64,000 nt of DNA. Origin: Spirosomataceae bacterium TFI 002 (GTDB lineage: Bacteria; Bacteroidota; Bacteroidia; Cytophagales; Spirosomataceae). The notes beneath the pieces were generated by a model that was given only the letters and a program-made list of their open reading frames with translations, made no database searches and had not been told where the DNA came from. Position numbers and translations under genes: made by a program. The stretch lies in assembly GCA_900230115.1 (NCBI GenBank), contig LT907983.1:4198774-4262773 (forward strand). Reading direction: 5' to 3'. Shown here piece by piece: positions 1 through 9,000 of this stretch; positions within the stretch are counted from its first letter, which is position 1; each line of letters starts with the position of its first letter.

Positions 1-49
1 CATACCAGAGATAAATTTTAGTTATCTGGCAAACCCTAAACCTAAAGGT

Positions 50-3000
50 GTGTGCTTAAGGCACTTAGTCTTTGGGATTTTTGTGTTTTTACTTTTTTCA
101 ATATCCACAATAGCTCAGAACCGTCAAATTGAATTGGTTACTAATGGTGACTTTAGTGATGGCAGAAACGGATTCTCTTCAGATTATAATTGGAATTCAT
201 CGAGCAATGGTGGCTATGACATCGATAATGACCCTAATGATGTAAACTCAAATTATTTTTCTTTTTATGATCATACCACTGGTACTAGTTCGGGAAGGCT
301 TATAGCGGCAAACGGCTCAACAAATGCAAACGACGATGTTTGGAAGAATAATATAAATGTAACAAGCGGTCAAACATACACTATGACCGTATGGATAAAA
401 TCAATATATGCTACCAATCCTTCCTCTATTGGATGGTTTGTTGGTGGAAATCAAGTCGGAACAACGGTGGTGGCTAATAATAATTGGCAACAACTAACAG
501 TTACCTATACAGCCAACTTTACTGGACTCGCAACATTTTCTATAAGAGCTACGAGTGGAGAGTCGTCGGGAAATGCTTTTGCACTTGATGATGTATCTAT
601 AACAAGTGAAGTATCACCCACCTGCTCTGGAACTTATTATGATACAGGAGGGAACAATAGCAATTATTCGAATAATGAGGACTATACCCAAACTTTTTGT
701 GCAGGTGCTGGATCAAATATTAGATTCAGTTTTAACCAGTTCAATGTTGAAACAAATTGGGACTTTTTAAGGATTTATGACGGGATGTCTACTTCTGCAA
801 ATAGTCTTGGAACGTTCACCGGAACTAATAGCCCCAATACAGTTACTTCTAGTACGGGGTGTTTAACTTTTAGATTTACTGCAGATAATATATATAATAG
901 AAGTGGATGGCGTGCTGCTATTTCTTGTGTGCCTGATCCTGGTTGTGGCAGTATTAGTTCAGTAGTCATAAATGATTTAAGTGGTGGAGCTGATATTGAT
1001 ATTACAGGAGGTGCAACTGTATATGCAGGCCAACTTCCTAATAACTGGAACATTGAAGCAACAAAAACGGTAGGGACTGGGAGTATTAGATTTGAAGTAA
1101 CAGGCGATAATGTTCAGTCAAATGTAGAAAATGCTGGTCCTTATAGAATGCCCAATGATAACGATCCGTTGAATTGGGGACCAGGAACTTATAACATAAA
1201 AATAACTCATTATAGTGGTAACTCGGGGACTGGTAATATTTGTGACGTAGAGCAGTTCACATTAATTATTGACCAATGTGCCATTAATAACTTTCAAGTA
1301 AGTTCGAATTCAACAGTATGTACTGGTGCAAACTTGAATTTAACATCATCGGGTGGTGGAACTGGTGCTACTTATAATTGGGTAGGACCTAACAGTTTTA
1401 CTTCAACTCAGCAAAACCCAACTCTTCCTAGTGTTGGTGCAGCCGCATCTGGAGTTTATTTTGCAACAGTCACTAATTCAGGTTGCTCAGCAACAGCGTC
1501 CACTTCGGTAAGTGTGACTAATGCTCCTTCTGTTTCAGTAACTAGTCAAAATGCCAATTGCGGATTAAATAATGGCGAAGTTACTTTCACTTTTCCTGAC
1601 GAATCAAGTAGAACAAATATAGAATTTAGTACCAATGGTGGTTCTTCTTATCCTACTTATGTAAGTGATGGAATTGGAAGTACAACTGTTACAAACCTAG
1701 GGCCTGGAACATACGATTTATGGACAAGGTGGGGAAACGATGAATGCCCTGTTGATTTGCCAGATGTTACCATTATAAGAGCCACAGGGACGTTGACCAA
1801 AACTGCCGATCCTACTGCTTGTTCGGGAGCGGCAACGCCACTTTCTGTTTCTTTACAAAATGCTGTTGGTTCTACCACTTATTCTTGGAGTAATGGTCTA
1901 GGGACAGGAGCAAATAAGACGGTTAGTCCCAATTCAAGTATTACATATTCTGTAACAGGAGTTGATAGTCAGGGTTGTGTTGGTACAGCCAATATCACAG
2001 TTAATGTAAATGCACTTCCAGTTGCCACTGCCACAGCTAATTCTCCGGTATGCTCAGGAGGAACAATAAACCTTAATTCTTCTGGAGGAAATTCTTATTC
2101 ATGGGTTGGTCCAAATTCTTTTAGTTCTGGATTTCAAAACCCCAATATTACCATTGCTTCAAATGTAAATGCTGGAACTTATACAGTCACAGTTACAGAT
2201 GCAAATAGCTGTTCATCTACTGCAGCGGTTAATGTTTTAATAAATTCTGGTCTTACAGTTACTGCTTCTACACCTGCAAGCAATATATGTGCAGGGACAG
2301 ACTTAAACTTATTTTCATCGGGAGCGACATCTTATTCTTGGAGTGGTCCTGGTGGTTTTTCTTCAAATAGCCAAAACCCTGTTATCACAAATGCAACAGT
2401 ATCAAGATCTGGAACTTATACCATTACAGGTAGTAATGCTCTAGGTTGCACAGCTTCGGCAACTACTTCCGTTGCAGTTACAATTAACTCACCCACAGCA
2501 AGTAATGACGGTCCGAAATGTGAAGGCAGTACAATTAACCTATCAGCAGTAGGCGGAAACGAATATGTTTGGAGTGGACCTAATGGTTTTACATCGAATA
2601 TTGCAAACCCATCAATATCAAATGCTAATCTTAGTCATGAAGGGATATATACAGTAACTGTTAGTATTTCGGGAGCATGTCCTGTAACTGCAACTACAGA
2701 ACTTAGCATGCATGCCTTGCCTAATATTTTGGTTTCTAATACAGGGCCAGTGTGCTCGGGAGGTAATATCACTTTGAATGCAAGTGGTGGAACTTCATAC
2801 GTTTGGAGTGGACCAAATGGATTTAGTTCTTCAAATCAAAATCCAAGTATTTTTAATGTAAATAATTCAAAGACAGGTTCATATACAGTTACAGTTACGA
2901 ATGCTTCAGGCTGTACTGCTACCGCTACCACCGTAGTGGGATTGTCGTTTCCGAGTTTGACAGTATCTAGCGATACAGTTTTATGTGCAGGTGGAACAAT

Positions 3001-6000
3001 TAACTTACATGCAACTGGTGCTGTATCTTATGCTTGGACAGGGCCTAACTCGTTTTATGCAGCAGCGGCATCAGTTAGTATTCCAAGTGCAAGTTCATCA
3101 GAAAATGGAACATATACAGTTACAGTTAGTAATTCGCTAGGGTGTTCTGCTACGGCAAGTGTGGATGTTAGTATTTTAAATGTTGCTACGCCTATTGTTT
3201 CTAATGCTCCTGTATGTACCGGAGATTCTCTAAAAATGGAATTACCTGGCTGGACTACTTATTCATGGTCGGGTCCAGCTGCATTTAGTGCTGCGGTTGA
3301 AGATCCTTTTATTGCAAACCCAACAACAAGTAATAGTGGAGTTTACAGTGTTACTGCGTCTATTGCTGGTTGCACAACCACAGTTACTGCAAACCTAACT
3401 GTCCGGGCATTGCCCATTCCAACAGCGAGTAGTAATCAGCCAGTATGTGTAGGCACAACGCTTAATTTAACTAGTGCCTCGGCATCTAGTTATTCGTGGA
3501 AAGGGCCCAATGGTTTTACTTCATCTGTTAGGAATCCTAATATTGCTGTTACTGATACTTTGCCACAAGGGACCTACACACTCGTTGTTAGCAATTCATT
3601 TGGATGTTTAGACTCTACAACTCACGATGTCGATGTATCTTTTGTAGTTCCTACAGTGAAACCTTCGGGAAGGGCTTGTTTAAGTGCTTCATATCCGTTG
3701 ACAGCGGGTGGCGGAGCTTCATATTACTGGACTGGGCCAAATTCATTTAGCTCAGGAAATCAAAATCCATCCATTTCTAATATCAGCTTAGCGAAACAAG
3801 GTGTTTATTCTGTTACCATTACCAATGCAGATGGTTGTACAGCTTCGGTTACAACTAGTTTAACGGTTTCTATTCCTGTTGCCACAGCTTCCAGTAGTTC
3901 ACCAGTATGTGAGGACGATATTTTAGTTTTAACTTCTTCTGGCGGAGCTTCATATGATTGGAGTGGACCGCGTTCTTTTGCTTCTAATATTCAAAACCCG
4001 AATATCAGTATTGTAAAACAAAATCAACAAGGAGTTTATACCGTTACGGTTACCGACTCAGTAGGTTGTGTAGCAACTGCCACTACAGATGTGGTTATTA
4101 ATAAAAACACCAACGGTAGAATAAATGACAATGGACCTATTTGTGAGGGACAAAATCTTGAATTAGATGGTAGGGGAGGAGACGTGTATTATTGGTCAGG
4201 GCCTAATGGTTTTTTATCTTCATTAGAAGATCCAATTATTAATAGTGCGTCTGCTGCTGCAAATGGAACTTATACTTTACAAGTTACGGACTCGAATGGC
4301 TGCTCAGCAACTGTAACATCTAATATCACTGTTTATCCTAGTCCAATCGCCAATCCTACAGCTACAATTGCAGATATCTGCGTTGGGCAGACCTTAAATT
4401 TACTTTCCACCGTAAATGATCAATATAGTTGGTCGGGACCTAATAACTTTAACTCAAATCAACAAAATCCTATTCGCACAAATGCGACAACCAACATGTC
4501 GGGTGTATACACCCTGACTGTAACTGATATTCCAGAAAATTGTTCAGCTTCGGCTAGTGTAGCTATTTCGATTAATACCATTCCACCGCCTCCGGTCAGT
4601 CCAGCAGTATCTCGATGCGGCACAGGAACTGTTACACTAACGGCCTCTGGCTGTTCTGGTGTTTACCAGTGGTATGATACCAACTCTAGTTCTACTGTGT
4701 TAGGAACAGGAAGTAGTTTTACAACACCTTCTCTGAGTTCAGGTCGATCTTATTATGTAAACTGTACAGAATTTACGTGTCCAAGTAGTACACGAAGACA
4801 GGTTCAAATTACCATTTTAGCAAATCCTACAGCTACTGCAACTGTAACTCAAAGGCATTGTGTAGGTTCAACTGCGAAGTTTACTGGTGGTGGAAATAAT
4901 GTGAGTTCATATGCGTGGTCTGGTCCTTTAAGCTGGACAAGCAACGAACAATCTCCAACAAAATTGATAAATGGAACAAATAATGGCGGAACTTATACCA
5001 TTACAACAACAAGGTCAAATGGTTGTACTGCAACAGCGACAACAAACCTTCAAGTAATTACAAATTGTGATAACATTTGCGGAAGCCAGTATGTCATTAT
5101 TCCTACCAACCCACTTTCATGTGGATCAACCAATGGACAAGTTTATATTTCTGCTACTAACAGTTATGAGACAAGTTTGGATGGAGTAAATTGGACTCGT
5201 GGCTCTGTTACCTACAATAATCTAGGAGTTGGTAATTATTACTTTTATGTAAAAGATTACGCAACTCAAAACATTTGTAAGAATGTAAGTAATACATTGG
5301 TTTCAACTACTTCGAGTTATTTTACGGGACAATCAGTAACTGCTGCAAGTGATTGTTATTCAGCAAATGGTTCAATTACACTTCAAGGAGTACAGCCAAC
5401 AGATGATGTAAGCTGGCTTGCAACCTTGAAAGCTCCAAAAGTTCCTGTTTCTAGTTTAAGTCCTTCAAACACCATAAGTAACTTAACCCCAGGGAAATAT
5501 TATGTGAAAGTTTCTCGTGCAAATGATTTCTGTTATGCAGAGAGATATGTGGATGTTCCTAACAATGGTACTTCGTGTACTAGTAATACCTTCTGTGATG
5601 ATAGTACTGTGCCAAATCTTTTTCCAAATGGAGATTTTGGGTCTGGAGCAAATGAAAATGGTCCTGTTTTAATAGAAACTCAATATGGGTATTCTAATTA
5701 TACTTGTTATGCTCCATGGGATGGTTTTTACTCCATAACTAATAATACAGATTGTGATGGAAATGGAGGAAGAGCATTCTCAAATCAAGCAGTTGGTTCA
5801 TGGGATGTGTTAACAGAAGATCATACTGTGGGAGATGTCAACGGGTATATGATGGTTATAAATGCCGGTTATACACCTAATATAGTTGTTGAGAAACTTA
5901 TTGGTGATTTATGTCCCAATACGCAATATAACTTTACAGCATGGATGAGGAACATTTCTCCTGCCTCAACCATACAGCCAGATGCAGCATTTATCATAGA

Positions 6001-9000
6001 TGGGGTAATTAAAGCGACATCAGGGGCTGTAACAGGAAACCAATGGAAACAGGTGGGATTCTCCTTCAAGACTGGAGAAAACACTACAGAGGCTCTTTTT
6101 GCATTGAGAAACATTGCACCAGGAGGATTTGGTAATAACTGGATTCTTGATGACGTTAAAGTGAGCAAGTGCCCACTAGAAATAAATTTGAGTGGAACTA
6201 CAATCGCCTGTTTAGGCGGTAATAGTGAAGAAATAGAAGCAACTATCAACGACCCATATGAAGAATACACTTATTTCAAATGGGAAAAAAGTGATGATAA
6301 TGGAGCGACATGGCAAAATGTTACAACGGTAGCACAAGGGAGTTATGTTTCTGGGAACATGAATGTAGACCTAACGCTTCCAACTCCAATAGTTTCAGCA
6401 TTGAGTGGCAGAATTTATAGAATTAGATTGGCTACCACAGCAGCGACTATTGATGATCCACAATGTTCGGTATATAGTGCTCTTACACAAATTATTGTTC
6501 CTCCTATTGAACTGAATGTGACTCTTCCAATTGAAAAATGTATTGGTTCGGGTAGTGTTGCACTTACAGCAACTGCGAGTGGAGGTACAGCTCCTTACTC
6601 TTATTTATGGAGGAATTCAGTGGGTAATACACCAACAGTAAATGTAAATCCAAGTGCTACAACTACTTATGTTGTAGAAGCCTTTGACGCTGACAATTGT
6701 CCAGCAATTGATTCTGTTATAGTAACAGTCAAAGATCAGCCAACACTCACTGTTACTATAGAAGAAGATTCTGTTTGTTTAAACGGGACAACTCATATTA
6801 TAGCTCATGTAGAAGGCGGTTCAGGTAATTTTCAGTTTACATGGTACGAGTCTGCAGATGGTTCAACCAACTGGACTACGATAGCAGGCGTAACAGATTC
6901 GGTATATTCTCCTAATACCTCAGTAGCAGGACAAAAATACTTTAGAGTCTTTGTAGAAGATTTAACATTCGATTGTAATGATGCTACTTCAAATCCAGTA
7001 TTGTTTACGGTAGTCCCACTGCCATCGGTTAACATAAACCTAAGTGCATCTCCAGTATGTATTGGCGGAGCAGTAAACCTGACTGCTAATGTGACCTCAG
7101 GAGCAGGAGCTATTGAATACCAATGGTATAGGTCAACGAATAATACAACATTCAATGCCCTAGCTGATGATACACTTGGAACCTATTCGCCCAATACTGG
7201 AACAGCAGGAACGACTTATTATGAAGTAGAAGCAGTGGCATCCGCATCAGGATGTACAGCGGCACGCTCTTCAAGTGTAGCGGTACAAGTGCTTCCTAAT
7301 TTCGATGTAGATTTGCTAGTAAATAATGCAGTAGTGTGTATTGGAGGCTCAGCGATATTAACCGCAGATACGATAAGTGGAACAGGCAATATAACTTACC
7401 AATGGTTTAACTCTTCCGATGGTGTGAACTTCTCATCTATAACAGGAAGTACATCAACATTAACAGCCCCAACAGGCACAACGGGAATAACTTACTACCA
7501 AGTACAAGCAACTGCCTCAGGAGCAGGTTGTGGTTCTGCAACATCAACACCAACATCAGTAGAAGTATTACCAGTATTTGATGTAGATGTAACAGTAAAT
7601 AACTCACCAATTTGTATTGGAGGAAGTGTAACGTTAACCGCAGATACTTCCAATGGATTAGGCTCAGTGAGCTACCAATGGTTCGGTTCATTGGATAATG
7701 TAACGTTTAACCTTATTGGAGGCGAAACCAATTTATCCTATAATCCATCCACGACGAATTCAGGAACGACATATTACCGAGTAGAAGCAACAGCCTCAGG
7801 TTCAGGTTGCGGAACAGCAGTATCGGATGTAGTACCAGTCGTAGTATTACCAGTATTCTCAGTAGATGTAAATCCAAGTTCGAGTGTAGTGTGTGTGGGA
7901 GGAACAGTAAGCTTAGATGCAGATACAACGAATGGAACAGGAACAGTAACCTATCAGTGGCAACAGTCGACCAACAATGTAACCTTTAGCAACATAGCTG
8001 GAGCTACAGGAGAAACCTATAACCCATCAACTGCAACAGCAGGAACATTGTATTATAGAGTAAGAGCGACAGCAAGTGGCTCAGGTTGTGGCACAGTAAC
8101 CTCGGCAGGAGTATCAGTAGAAGTACTTCCAGTGTTTGAAGTATCAGTAACACCAAGCAATACTACTTTATGTTTGAATGGTTCATCAGTGATTACAGCC
8201 ACAACAGTAAGTGGAACAGGAACAATTACATACCAATGGTTTAACTCTACAGATAATACGACATTTAGCCCAATATCAGGAGCAACAGGAGCAACAACAA
8301 CAGCACCAACGACTGCGGTAGGAACGACCTATTATAGAATAGTAGCAAATGCCAGCGGAAATGGTTGTGGGAATGCAACTTCAGCAAGTGCGGTAGTGAG
8401 AGTATTACCAGTATTTGATGTAGAAGTAAGTTTAAATAATGCCGTAGTATGTATAGGAGGAAATGTAACACTTACAGCCGATACGGTAAATGGAACAGGA
8501 ACAGTTACATATCAATGGCTAGAGTCCACAGACAATGTTAGCTATACAGCGATATCAGGAGCCACTGGCGTTACTTATACAGCCAATACAGCTTCAGAAG
8601 GCCTAAAATATTATAGAGTTCAAGCAACAGCCTCAGGTTCAGGATGTGGCACAGTAGAGTCAGATGAAGTATCAGTAGAAGTATTACCTGTATTTTCGGT
8701 AGCAGTAAATCCAAGTTCAAGCACAGTATGTGTGGGAGGAGCAGTCACACTAGATGCAGATCCAACGAATGGAACAGGAACCATAACTTACCAATGGCAA
8801 GAGTCAACTAATAATTCAAGCTTTACCAATATCAGTGGAGCAACGAACGAAATATATACCCCATCAACAAGTGCAGAAGGAACAACATACTACAGGGTCA
8901 TTGCCTCAGCAACAGGAGCAGGTTGTGGAAGTGTAACATCAGGAAGTTCCATGGTACGAGTACTGCCAGTCTTTGATGTAGACATTGCGATCGATAATGC

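Noticed and set aside
7437-8471. Antisense ORFs inside the giant gene (7437-7691, 7713-7928, 8265-8471; Leu/His-rich)
   Set aside because: These are low-complexity translations of the reverse strand of the repetitive coding region, with no start context or signal features. Other small internal or antisense ORFs (775-1053, 1657-1878, 5869-6270, 6832-7155, 9910-10134 and so on) were rejected on the same basis.
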